From an uncultured Gammaproteobacteria bacterium (GTDB lineage Bacteria > Patescibacteriota > Microgenomatia > UBA10105 > UBA927): 64,000 nt of DNA. A program made the translations under genes and the position numbers. The stretch is taken from positions 141,897-205,896 of the forward strand of contig CAZSTG010000001.1 of the NCBI GenBank assembly GCA_964609895.1. The letters are read 5' to 3'. Below the pieces are notes generated by a model. The model searched no databases and was not told where the DNA came from. It worked only from the letters and a program-made list of their open reading frames with translations. Below are positions 49,084 to 57,579 of this stretch, piece by piece (the stretch's first letter is position 1; each line of letters opens with the position of its first letter).

Positions 49084-49178
49084 ATGTATATTGTACCATT
49101 TTTGGTTGGTTGTTTGGAACGACCATTGGTTGCATGCTCCCGATTCCTTAAAAAACAGGGTATACTAGATAGAGAGAT

Positions 49179-49541
49179 ATGAAACATACATACAGAGGAT
49201 TCTCTCAAATAGTCATCATGGCATCCGGAATCGGCGTGCTCATTCTTGTTGCCGTTCTAGGGCTTCTGATTACCAACACACAGGCGGAGACTGCAAAAAA
49301 AGAAGCCGAAGCAGTAAAAAAAGCGATGATTACACCGACACAGACTCCTACTATAGTCCCAACGCCCATTATCCGTTTAGTGGTACCGACCGTGCAAGTG
49401 AGCACTCCGAGCGCGACCGCAGTGCCGACAATAAGCACAGTATCAGCAACAATAAAACCAACAGTAAAACCGTCGATGATACCGACAAGTAAAGCAACTG
49501 GCACTCCGACGCCGAACAGAACAACCACTCCTGCGTTGTAA
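49179..49541 (+). CDS. Small surface protein with prepilin-like N-terminus and P/T-rich tail
   Basis: RG|FSQIVIMASGIGVLILVAVLGLLI then PT repeats. Confidence 0.6.
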   Translation: MKHTYRGFSQIVIMASGIGVLILVAVLGLLITNTQAETAKKEAEAVKKAMITPTQTPTIVPTPIIRLVVPTVQVSTPSATAVPTISTVSATIKPTVKPSMIPTSKATGTPTPNRTTTPAL

Positions 49542-49579
49542 TTCATAGTCCTACCACATTTTGATATACTGCGCTTTGT

Positions 49580-50398
49580 ATGCAACTCGCTGTTTCCCGT
49601 ATCAGACAATTTCAGAAGATGATTTTTAAGTGGTGGAAAACGCATAGGCGTGATCTTCCGTGGAGAAAAACGCATGATCCGTACAAAATTCTTGTGTCGG
49701 AAATTATGTTGCAACAAACACAGGTATCACGGGGATTGCCGAAGTATCTGGAGTTTCTAAATGTATTTCCAACTGTTGAAAAACTTGCAAGCGCGAAGAC
49801 ATCCTCCGTCCTTCGGATGTGGAAAGGGATGGGATATAACAGACGGGCACTCTACCTGCAGAAAGCTGCGCAAACAATCGTCACAGTCCATCATGGGGTT
49901 TTTCCGAAAAATGAACAACAATTGACTGCACTTTCCGGAGTGGGGAAATATACTGCTCGAGCAATATTGGTGTTCGCATATAAAATGGATGTTGCGATGG
50001 TGGATACAAATATCCGTCAGATTATCACGCATTTTTTCTTTGCCGATATTCCGCAAACGGAAAAAATTATTCAAGAGGTTGCAGAACTGCTCGTACCAAA
50101 GGGAAAGTCTTGGGAATGGCATCAGGCACTGATGGATTATGGAGCTATTGCATTAGAAAGAAATAAACAGAGAACCGCAAAAAAGAAAGAAAAGCCGTTC
50201 AAAGAAACAAACCGGTATTTTCGGGGAAGGCTACTGGATTTGGTGTACGAAAAGAAGTGGAAAGAAAGGGATTTGCTTGCCGAGCTAGTAAGAGGTTTTG
50301 GTAAAGACAACGAATTTATGGAACAGGTCATGAGGGGGATGGTAAAAGACGGGTTAATTGTACGCAGTAAAACTGGTATAATCAGCTTACCGGAATAG
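49580..50398 (+). CDS. MutY-like HhH-GPD DNA glycosylase lacking the 4Fe-4S motif
   Basis: RRDLPWR, VSEIMLQQT, W.GMGYNRRA, GVGKYTA, VDTN. Confidence 0.85.
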   Translation: MQLAVSRIRQFQKMIFKWWKTHRRDLPWRKTHDPYKILVSEIMLQQTQVSRGLPKYLEFLNVFPTVEKLASAKTSSVLRMWKGMGYNRRALYLQKAAQTIVTVHHGVFPKNEQQLTALSGVGKYTARAILVFAYKMDVAMVDTNIRQIITHFFFADIPQTEKIIQEVAELLVPKGKSWEWHQALMDYGAIALERNKQRTAKKKEKPFKETNRYFRGRLLDLVYEKKWKERDLLAELVRGFGKDNEFMEQVMRGMVKDGLIVRSKTGIISLPE

Positions 50399-50402
50399 CC
50401 AT

Positions 50403-50473
50403 TGCGGGATCGTATAATGGTAGTACACCTCCCTCTGGAGGAGGTTATCTTGGTCCGAATCCAAGTCCCGCAG
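50403..50473 (+). tRNA. tRNA-Gln(CUG), CCA not encoded
   Basis: TGCGGGA/TCCCGCA-G acceptor; anticodon arm CCTCC-CTCTGGA-GGAGG; T-arm CTTGG-TCCGAAT-CCAAG. Confidence 0.92.
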
Positions 50474-50633
50474 CATATTTAAAAATATGAATTCATTCAT
50501 ATTTTTAAATACTGTGAGATTTCAGGATGAGGATCACTTTGGTCCGGGAATGATAAGCAGTTATTGCAACAACGATTGCAATAATAAGCGGTTATTCATC
50601 GAGCAAAGCGAAGATCTTCCAAGTCCCGCAGCA
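50460..50633 (+). repeat. 16-bp direct repeat of the tRNA-Gln 3' end bracketing a palindromic 142-bp insert
   Basis: TCCAAGTCCCGCAGCA at 50460-75 and 50618-33. Confidence 0.8.
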
Positions 50634-50653
50634 CACTATTTTTATTAAAATTT

Positions 50654-51511
50654 ATGTCTTGGCAACTCCTTATCTGCATCAGCGTCATCTTGTATTCAGT
50701 CTCTGTGCTTTTACAGCGGCTGCTTCTCAAGGATGACAAAAGTGAATCTATTTCGTTTTCCATCATCTTCCAGCTCGGCGTTGCATTGGTGACAGCGATC
50801 CTCGTTTTTGTCATGCAGGGGAAGATTCCGCTTCCGGACTTTTCCAAGATATCATGGAGCGTGCTGACCATGACGCTTTTATACGCGCTTGCAAACATTT
50901 TCATATTCAAGGCACTCAAAGAGACAGAAGCGTCGCGGTTTACCGTCATTTTCTCGGGCAAGACATTGTTTGCCGCCATCGGCGCATCACTGCTGTTTCA
51001 GGAACTCCTGACTCCTGTTCAATGGATTGGAGCTGTCCTCATCATCGTAGGTATCGTCATTATTACTATGAAGAAGTCCGGCAAGAAACTGAATATGGGG
51101 GACTTGTATGCGCTGCTTGCCGCCATCCTGTTCGGGTTGGCAAACACCAATGACCGTTTTCTCGTGAAGTTCTTTGATCCATACACATATGTCGTTATCG
51201 GATTTTTGCTACCAGGATTTGCGATTGCACTCATGTATCCGAAGAAACTGAAACTTTTGAAAACCTATGCACGAAAGAGTTTTCTGTTTAAGATGACATT
51301 CTTGTGTTTATTGTATGGATTGTCTGCAGTCACATTTTTTGCTGCCTTGCAGATTACGCCAAATTCATCGCAACTGTTCTCCATCAATTCATTTGGTGCC
51401 ATCATCACTGTCATTCTTTCCATCCTTGTCCTGAAGGAGAAAGACCACATGTGGAAGAAAATCCTCGGCGTCGTCGTCAGCGTTGCGGGACTGCTCCTCA
51501 TCAGCACATAA
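50654..51511 (+). CDS. EamA/DMT family transporter
   Basis: About 10 TM in two repeats; LVLKEK motif. Confidence 0.85.
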   Translation: MSWQLLICISVILYSVSVLLQRLLLKDDKSESISFSIIFQLGVALVTAILVFVMQGKIPLPDFSKISWSVLTMTLLYALANIFIFKALKETEASRFTVIFSGKTLFAAIGASLLFQELLTPVQWIGAVLIIVGIVIITMKKSGKKLNMGDLYALLAAILFGLANTNDRFLVKFFDPYTYVVIGFLLPGFAIALMYPKKLKLLKTYARKSFLFKMTFLCLLYGLSAVTFFAALQITPNSSQLFSINSFGAIITVILSILVLKEKDHMWKKILGVVVSVAGLLLIST

Positions 51512-51524
51512 GTAACCGTTCTCC

Positions 51525-52652
51525 TTATGCCTTCACCGTCTTTTGTTTTGCAAACAGCTGCATGGTCAGTGCTCCGAGACCTGTCCAGAACACTGCAAGT
51601 GTCACGAAGAATCCGGCAAACGGAATCATCTCGACTACTTTGATGATGACAAGTCCCAACGCAAATGCGGCAAAGACCGGTGTCTTTTTGTTTGCCTTAA
51701 GGAGTGCCGTTCCCAGTGCTCTTGCCGTGACGAGACCCGAGAGGCAGGAGTATAGGATGAACACTAACACGGACATGCCGGCAAGCGGCAGACCGACAAA
51801 TGTCATACACAGGATAATAACTGCGGGGATGAATGCCATCGCAATCAGAAATCCAAGCCCCATGCTTTTCCAGAATGATTGGGAAACAATTGCTGTGGAC
51901 TGCGAAAACTGTTTTTCCACAAGTTTCATCCAGACCCATCCAACGATGAGTGCTCCAAGAAACATAAGGATGGACATGCCGACTTTCGTGGCTGCCATCA
52001 CTTTCAGGAAACCTTTCTTCATAGCGACCACATCCGTGGTTGATTTGGTTTCCGGTGTCTTCATCTCGGATTTGTGTGTTGCGCCGACGATAACCGCATC
52101 AGGGGAGATGGTCGCTTTGTTTTCACCTGTTCCATAATACAGATCTTTCCCGATTTGTGTACTTGCACCGATATTGAGCGTTCCCGCGCCGGCAAAAACG
52201 TTTCGTGTGATACGTGAATCAATTGCGACACTTTCGGCAGCCGTGAGAATTGAACCAGCAACAGTTGTGTCTTTGTCGACACTGACGGTTGCGCCTCCCA
52301 AAAGAAGCGATCCACCAATGTGTGAGCCCGTCACCAAAATGGTTTGTCCGCCGCCGTACATGTTGCCACGCACGCTGCCGCTGACATCGATGGTCTTGGC
52401 CGCCGTGTGCACGTTGCCGTTCACAACGCCACCAATTTTTACTGATTCTGCGCCGATGAAGACATCACCATTGACCGTGCCGTCGAGGAGTACGGATTTG
52501 GCACCGATGAAGAGATCGTCATTGACGATTTCGTCTTTGGCGACGGTGACCGTACCTTCTTTTTCTGTGATGACTTTGGCGTAGACTTTATTTGCGTTCA
52601 TGCCAAAGAAAGCAAATGCGAAAATAAATAGGGAAGCAAGTAGTTTTTTCAT
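51525..52652 (-). CDS. Membrane protein with bactofilin-like (polymer-forming) beta-helix repeats
   Basis: Signal peptide; DG.VNGD/GNV repeats; C-terminal TM bundle. Confidence 0.75.
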   Translation of the reverse strand: MKKLLASLFIFAFAFFGMNANKVYAKVITEKEGTVTVAKDEIVNDDLFIGAKSVLLDGTVNGDVFIGAESVKIGGVVNGNVHTAAKTIDVSGSVRGNMYGGGQTILVTGSHIGGSLLLGGATVSVDKDTTVAGSILTAAESVAIDSRITRNVFAGAGTLNIGASTQIGKDLYYGTGENKATISPDAVIVGATHKSEMKTPETKSTTDVVAMKKGFLKVMAATKVGMSILMFLGALIVGWVWMKLVEKQFSQSTAIVSQSFWKSMGLGFLIAMAFIPAVIILCMTFVGLPLAGMSVLVFILYSCLSGLVTARALGTALLKANKKTPVFAAFALGLVIIKVVEMIPFAGFFVTLAVFWTGLGALTMQLFAKQKTVKA

Positions 52653-52740
52653 ATATATTCATTATAGCAACGCACAATTGCCGTCTGCAAACGGGTTGAA
52701 AAAAGGATGAAGAAAAATCAGCGTAGTATAATGAAGACTG

Positions 52741-52908
52741 ATGAAGCAACAATCCTCTGAAACGACTATATCAGGCATCGCTGCGGTATTTGTCCTGTTT
52801 ACCGCGCTTCTCAATCCATTAGCGTCTGTTTTACTTGCTGTGTTCTTTCTACTTATATTGACATGGTATTACCACAGAAAGAATAATAAAAAAATAAGAA
52901 ACAGATGA
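52741..52908 (+). CDS. Small membrane protein (55 aa)
   Basis: MKQQSSETTISGIAAVFVLFTALLNPLASVLLAVFFLLILTWYYHRKNNKKIRNR*; TATAAT 8 nt before ATG. Not in the ORF track. Confidence 0.55.
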   Translation: MKQQSSETTISGIAAVFVLFTALLNPLASVLLAVFFLLILTWYYHRKNNKKIRNR

Positions 52909-53112
52909 TTCGCTAGAATCAGATATTATCCTATAGCTTGTATGTTTCGGCTTTCCATGGTATACTTATTTTCGGTTATCGCAGGTGATCCGCAGGTGTT
53001 TTTTCTGTATCCCGATGCTACAGATCTTCGATACTTATGTCGTCACGCGCCAGCTGATCCAAAAATGTTATTCTTTGCGGAATTATCGCATTGATGCAGG
53101 TATAATGAATAT

Positions 53113-54318
53113 ATGAATGTATTATTTATCAGCCCCAATTCTCCGCGGGAAAGTGTTGGAGGAGTGGAGCGCTACATCTCCAATCTGATTGCGTACTACA
53201 AAGACAGAACAGACACCTCTGTCTATCTTCTGCTGCCAACCAAAGACGAATCATTTGTCGAAAAAGAAGGCAATGTGACGATATATTTTGAAAACAGTTT
53301 TTCTGTTCCGCGACAACGGACGCAGTATAACAAAATAGTGTCAAAAAAAGCACGGATATTCGCAGATCGGATTAATCAGATTATCAAAGAACATGGTATA
53401 CAGATTATCTGTGCGGAGAATATCGCAGTTGGAACTCCGCCTGCATATGCACTGCTTTTGAATATGATTGCATCGCAGTTTTCTATTCCGCTTGTGTTGC
53501 GCCTACACTCATTTCCGGTATCAGAACTGCAGAAAGAGCTGGTAAACCAGTTGATGTGGAAAAGAGTCAGCTGTGTGAGCAGAAGTGTTGCCGGTGATTG
53601 TTTCCAAAAAGGCACGGATATAGATCTTTTATCAACAGATTATTTAGGAGTGAATACAAAAGAGTTTACTGACGTTTCTGATACAAAAGGAGCATTAAAA
53701 AAAGAATTGGGAATGAATGAGTCTACAAAAATAATTTTAACCGCAACACGTATCATCGCCGGACACGCAAATATTCTTCGGGAAAAAGGAGTTATTAATT
53801 TGATTAAAGCATTTTCAAAAATGCATGTGCGGTATCCACATTGGAGATTGCTTATTGCTGTCGGTATGCCACCGGAACGGTTGAAAAATGAATTTGAGCA
53901 ATCACTCGAAATGCTTATGGGGTATATTAAACTTCATGGCGTTGAACAACAAACAATTGTAAAAACATTTCATCTTGAAGATATGCCAAGAGTATATAGA
54001 GAATCAGATGTGTTTGTGTTGACATCAGAAAATGAAACATTCGGTCAGGTATTTATCGAAGCAATGGCATCGGGCGTGCCCGTTATCGGCACAAAGGTCG
54101 GAGGAATCCCAGAGATCATCAGTGATTCATATAACGGCTATCTCGTCAGTCCAAATGATGCAAGTATCTTGGCACAGCGTATCGAAAAGCTGATGAACGA
54201 TACGACCCTTCGGGAAAAATTTATTAAAGCTGGACAAAAAACAGTGAAAAATATGTTCACCGCTGAAAAACAATTTGCAGATTTTCATGCACTTCTTCGG
54301 GAAACAGCGTCGTTATGA
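53113..54318 (+). CDS. Glycosyltransferase family 4 (GT-B)
   Basis: GGVERY, ETFGQVFIEAMASGVPVI..KVGGIPE. Confidence 0.92.
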   Translation: MNVLFISPNSPRESVGGVERYISNLIAYYKDRTDTSVYLLLPTKDESFVEKEGNVTIYFENSFSVPRQRTQYNKIVSKKARIFADRINQIIKEHGIQIICAENIAVGTPPAYALLLNMIASQFSIPLVLRLHSFPVSELQKELVNQLMWKRVSCVSRSVAGDCFQKGTDIDLLSTDYLGVNTKEFTDVSDTKGALKKELGMNESTKIILTATRIIAGHANILREKGVINLIKAFSKMHVRYPHWRLLIAVGMPPERLKNEFEQSLEMLMGYIKLHGVEQQTIVKTFHLEDMPRVYRESDVFVLTSENETFGQVFIEAMASGVPVIGTKVGGIPEIISDSYNGYLVSPNDASILAQRIEKLMNDTTLREKFIKAGQKTVKNMFTAEKQFADFHALLRETASL

Positions 54319-54362
54319 CCTTTCGTTTGCATCCCCGTATACCCAGCGTATAATTGACGTAT

Positions 54363-54842
54363 ATGAATGCTCAAATCTCCGAAACAGGATGTTGTCCGCG
54401 TTTTAACCCCGCTCCGTGGAATGACAAGATGCATACATGGAAAAATAAATTGTTTGTGCAAGACAATGTGTTTACGCTGTTTTTTATGCCTGTTAATTTC
54501 GGTTCGGTCATTACCCGAATGATGAAAAAAGTGGAAAAAGCAAACGCGACAGCTATTGGAAATATGTGCCTGTCTGATCATACGAATATGTTCAATATGA
54601 ATATATATCTTGCAACAGACAGAAAAATTCCTGATGCAAAAAATGTCGCCATATCAGGAACATTCTACAGTAAAGCGTATGAGGGGGATTTCAATAAAAC
54701 CGGAGAATGGTGTAAAGATTTTGAAAACACCGTCAAGAAAAAAGGAAAAACGGTGAAAAAATGGTATATGTGGTATACCACATGTCCAAAATGTGCAAAA
54801 GTATACGGAAAGAATTATGTTGTCATCTTCGGAGAACTATGA
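54363..54842 (+). CDS. Conserved hypothetical protein (GyrI-like/putative hydrolase family)
   Basis: CCPRF.P..W and YTTCPKCAK.YGKNYVV motifs. Confidence 0.6.
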   Translation: MNAQISETGCCPRFNPAPWNDKMHTWKNKLFVQDNVFTLFFMPVNFGSVITRMMKKVEKANATAIGNMCLSDHTNMFNMNIYLATDRKIPDAKNVAISGTFYSKAYEGDFNKTGEWCKDFENTVKKKGKTVKKWYMWYTTCPKCAKVYGKNYVVIFGEL

Positions 54843-55108
54843 GTAAAGTATCCACTCTTCCAAACATTGGAAATGTGATTGGGGAAAAACTGAATAAAAT
54901 TGGAATCAATTCAGCCGAAGAATTTTTGTCACGTGACCCCTATGAGGTGTTTGAAGATTTACTTCGGAATGTTGATCCAACATTATGTAGGTGTGCGCTC
55001 GCAAGTATTGTAGGCGCTTCAAAAAAAGAAAAATGGCATCTGGTGATGAAAGAAGCAGTCGCGAAATTTGAATCGAAGCATCCAAAATACCGATGGAAAG
55101 ATTGTTAG
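54839..55108 (+). CDS. TfoX C-terminal-like (HhH) protein
   Basis: LPNIG....KL..IGI; CRCAL...GA.....W. Confidence 0.7.
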   Translation: MSKVSTLPNIGNVIGEKLNKIGINSAEEFLSRDPYEVFEDLLRNVDPTLCRCALASIVGASKKEKWHLVMKEAVAKFESKHPKYRWKDC

Positions 55109-55120
55109 GCTTCTTACGCA

Positions 55121-55168
55121 TTGACAAAATACTCATCTCAATATATTATGAATATATATTCATAATAT
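55121..55168 (+). promoter_or_regulatory. Promoter with perfect 26-bp palindromic operator
   Basis: TTGACA-N17-TATTAT; ATATTATGAATAT|ATATTCATAATAT at 55143-55168. Confidence 0.7.
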
Positions 55169-55358
55169 GATGTGTCCACACGGTAATAGAAAATCATGTA
55201 ATTTTCAATGTGAGTATTGTATATATCCTGATGAGTATTCATGTGATTCTCGAACATATCAGGTTAAAAAGCTTCAAAAAATACGAACGATATTAGTAAA
55301 AAAACTTATGAATATTGAAAAAAAGTTATTAAATCCAACAAAGAAAGGTGGTGATTGA
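55167..55358 (+). CDS. Small Cys-rich hypothetical protein (63 aa)
   Basis: Five Cys in the first 26 aa and a coiled C-terminus; stop is 1 nt before the next ATG. Confidence 0.4.
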   Translation: MMCPHGNRKSCNFQCEYCIYPDEYSCDSRTYQVKKLQKIRTILVKKLMNIEKKLLNPTKKGGD

Positions 55359-55359
55359 T

Positions 55360-55620
55360 ATGCCAGCATTTGATAAAACAGGACCACAAGGACAAGGTCC
55401 GATGACAGGAAGAGGTATGGGGCATTGTGGAAACGACACGGGAATGGGTCGAAGAATGAGAGGACGATGCTGTGGGTATGGACGAGGATTGGGGAGGTAC
55501 TTTGGATGGAATGCGCCAATAACGGTAGAAGAACAAAAAAAAGACTTATCGGAATATAAAAAAGCACTTGTAGAAGAATTAGAGGATATTGAAAAAAAAG
55601 AAAAGGAATTAAAGATATAA
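55360..55620 (+). CDS. DUF5320 family protein
   Basis: MP.FD.TGP.GQGPMTGRG.G.C, G/R-rich middle, coiled-coil tail. Confidence 0.85.
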   Translation: MPAFDKTGPQGQGPMTGRGMGHCGNDTGMGRRMRGRCCGYGRGLGRYFGWNAPITVEEQKKDLSEYKKALVEELEDIEKKEKELKI

Positions 55621-55757
55621 AAGCTTTATATATATATTCCATCGACTGTCGACGTAACACTGTGAGCTTGATAAATGTGGTATTTCTTAGCTTGTTTCGG
55701 AATACACAAACATTTAGTATAAAAATAAGTAGTATAAAAGACTAAATATTTAATAGT

Positions 55758-56042
55758 ATGTCACGGCCAAAAATTCATCGCTGTATGCGATTTATACCAA
55801 ATGTTCGTTACTTCAAACCTCGAGGTATTCCGCTAAGGGATCTTGAAGAGGTTGTTTTACTGCCTGATGAACTGGAGTCGCTTAAATTACATGAAATAGA
55901 TGGGTTTGAACAAATTAAAGCAGCGAAGCAAATGAAAATATCCCAGTCAACGTTTGCAAGGACTTTGGGAAATGCGCATAAAAAAATTGCTGAGGCTATT
56001 ATTTGGGGGAAAGCAATACGGATTGAAGAAAAAGAATTATAA
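55758..56042 (+). CDS. DUF134 (UPF0251) family DNA-binding protein
   Basis: MSRP, FKPRGIP, DE.E.LKL, Q..AA..M.IS.STF.R.L..A.KK. Confidence 0.9.
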   Translation: MSRPKIHRCMRFIPNVRYFKPRGIPLRDLEEVVLLPDELESLKLHEIDGFEQIKAAKQMKISQSTFARTLGNAHKKIAEAIIWGKAIRIEEKEL

Positions 56043-56073
56043 AAATGCCGTGTTTATAATAGAAGGAGGTTAT

Positions 56074-56346
56074 ATGAAAGTGATTAAAATTGGTGCTGCA
56101 TGGTGTAATGGATGTCTTGTGATGAAACCTCGTTGGCAGGAATTAGAAAAAGAATATTCTTGGCTTAAGACTGAATATTATGATTTTGATACTGACGCAG
56201 ACAAAATAAAGGTTTATGAAATAACAAGCGGAGTTCTTCCTGTTTTTATTTTCCTTGATAAACAGGACAAAGAATTGCTTCGATTAACCGGTGAAATTGA
56301 TAAAAAAGAATTAGTGACTTATATTGAAAAGTTTAGAAATTTTTAA
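56074..56346 (+). CDS. Thioredoxin family protein
   Basis: WCNGC active site; LPVFIF; SD AAGGAGG. Confidence 0.85.
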   Translation: MKVIKIGAAWCNGCLVMKPRWQELEKEYSWLKTEYYDFDTDADKIKVYEITSGVLPVFIFLDKQDKELLRLTGEIDKKELVTYIEKFRNF

Positions 56347-56348
56347 AC

Positions 56349-57536
56349 ATGATTAAAGGTATCGTATCACTCATCTGCTCTACTATTCTTGTATTGTTTG
56401 GTGCTATGCCTGTGCAAGCAGCAGATGTACAACTTCATTTTTTTTGGTCCGAAGGTTGTCCTCATTGCGCGAAAGAAAAAATATTCTTAGAGACATTGGA
56501 TAAAAAATATGATGAAGTTACGGTAAGAGATTATGAGGTTGGATATCATAGTGAAAACATAGCGTTGTTACAAAAAATAGGGGATACGTTGCGCGCTGAC
56601 GTATCAGGAGTTCCATTTCTTGTGGTTGGAAAGTCATATGTGGTTGGCTTTTTAAGCGATGAGACAACGGGTAAAGAGATAGAGAATAAAGTTGTGTATG
56701 CGATACAAAATGATATTCCGGATATTGTAGCGACGATAGATACCAATCAAGAAAATAAAGATGACAAAATAATAGAAACGACCATTCCTGAAACATTAGA
56801 GTTACCGTTTATTGGTCATATTTCAGTACGACATACTTCGCTTCCTGTATTAACGTTTTTACTTGCGTTTATTGACGGATTTAATCCATGTGCTATGTGG
56901 ACGCTTATTTTTTTGATTAGTCTACTTCTTGAAATGAAAGATCAAAAACGTATGTGGATGTTAGGTATTATGTTTATTGTTACTTCTGCAGCTGTATATT
57001 TTTTGTTTTTATCTGCTTGGTTTAATCTTTTTTTGGTGTTGGGAGTCGTGGTGTGGGTACGTTTTATTATTGGCGGAGTTGCACTATTTGCAGGATGGTA
57101 TTTTCTTAGGGATTATTATGTTAATCGAAAAGGAGGGTGTTCGGTAATGGGTGACTCAAAAAGACAAAAATTTATTGAAAAAATGCGTATGATTACGCAA
57201 AAACCTAGTCTTTTTCTTTCTGTTGTCGGAATTATGTTGCTTGCCGTTGCAGTAAACATGATTGAGCTTGTTTGTTCTGCTGGATTACCCGCGGTATACA
57301 CAAAAATACTAAGCATGTCATCACTTCAGCCATGGCAATATTATATGTATCTGTTTATGTATATGCTTATTTTCATGGCTGACGATTTAATAATATTTAT
57401 TACTGCAATGGTGACAATGAAGGCTGTGGGAATTCAAAGTAAATATTCTAGATTATCACATTTAGTTGGCGGCATTATTATGATTATCATTGGAATATTG
57501 TTGATATGTAAGCCTGAATTATTGATGTTCGGTTGA
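56349..57536 (+). CDS. Exported glutaredoxin/thioredoxin domain fused to a DsbD/CcdA-like membrane domain
   Basis: Signal peptide, GCPHC, GVP; TM region with DGFNPCAMW and ELVCSAG. Confidence 0.75.
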   Translation: MIKGIVSLICSTILVLFGAMPVQAADVQLHFFWSEGCPHCAKEKIFLETLDKKYDEVTVRDYEVGYHSENIALLQKIGDTLRADVSGVPFLVVGKSYVVGFLSDETTGKEIENKVVYAIQNDIPDIVATIDTNQENKDDKIIETTIPETLELPFIGHISVRHTSLPVLTFLLAFIDGFNPCAMWTLIFLISLLLEMKDQKRMWMLGIMFIVTSAAVYFLFLSAWFNLFLVLGVVVWVRFIIGGVALFAGWYFLRDYYVNRKGGCSVMGDSKRQKFIEKMRMITQKPSLFLSVVGIMLLAVAVNMIELVCSAGLPAVYTKILSMSSLQPWQYYMYLFMYMLIFMADDLIIFITAMVTMKAVGIQSKYSRLSHLVGGIIMIIIGILLICKPELLMFG

Positions 57537-57579
57537 CCGGCAAGCGCAATTTTTTTCACGTATTTTTGTATACACATAT

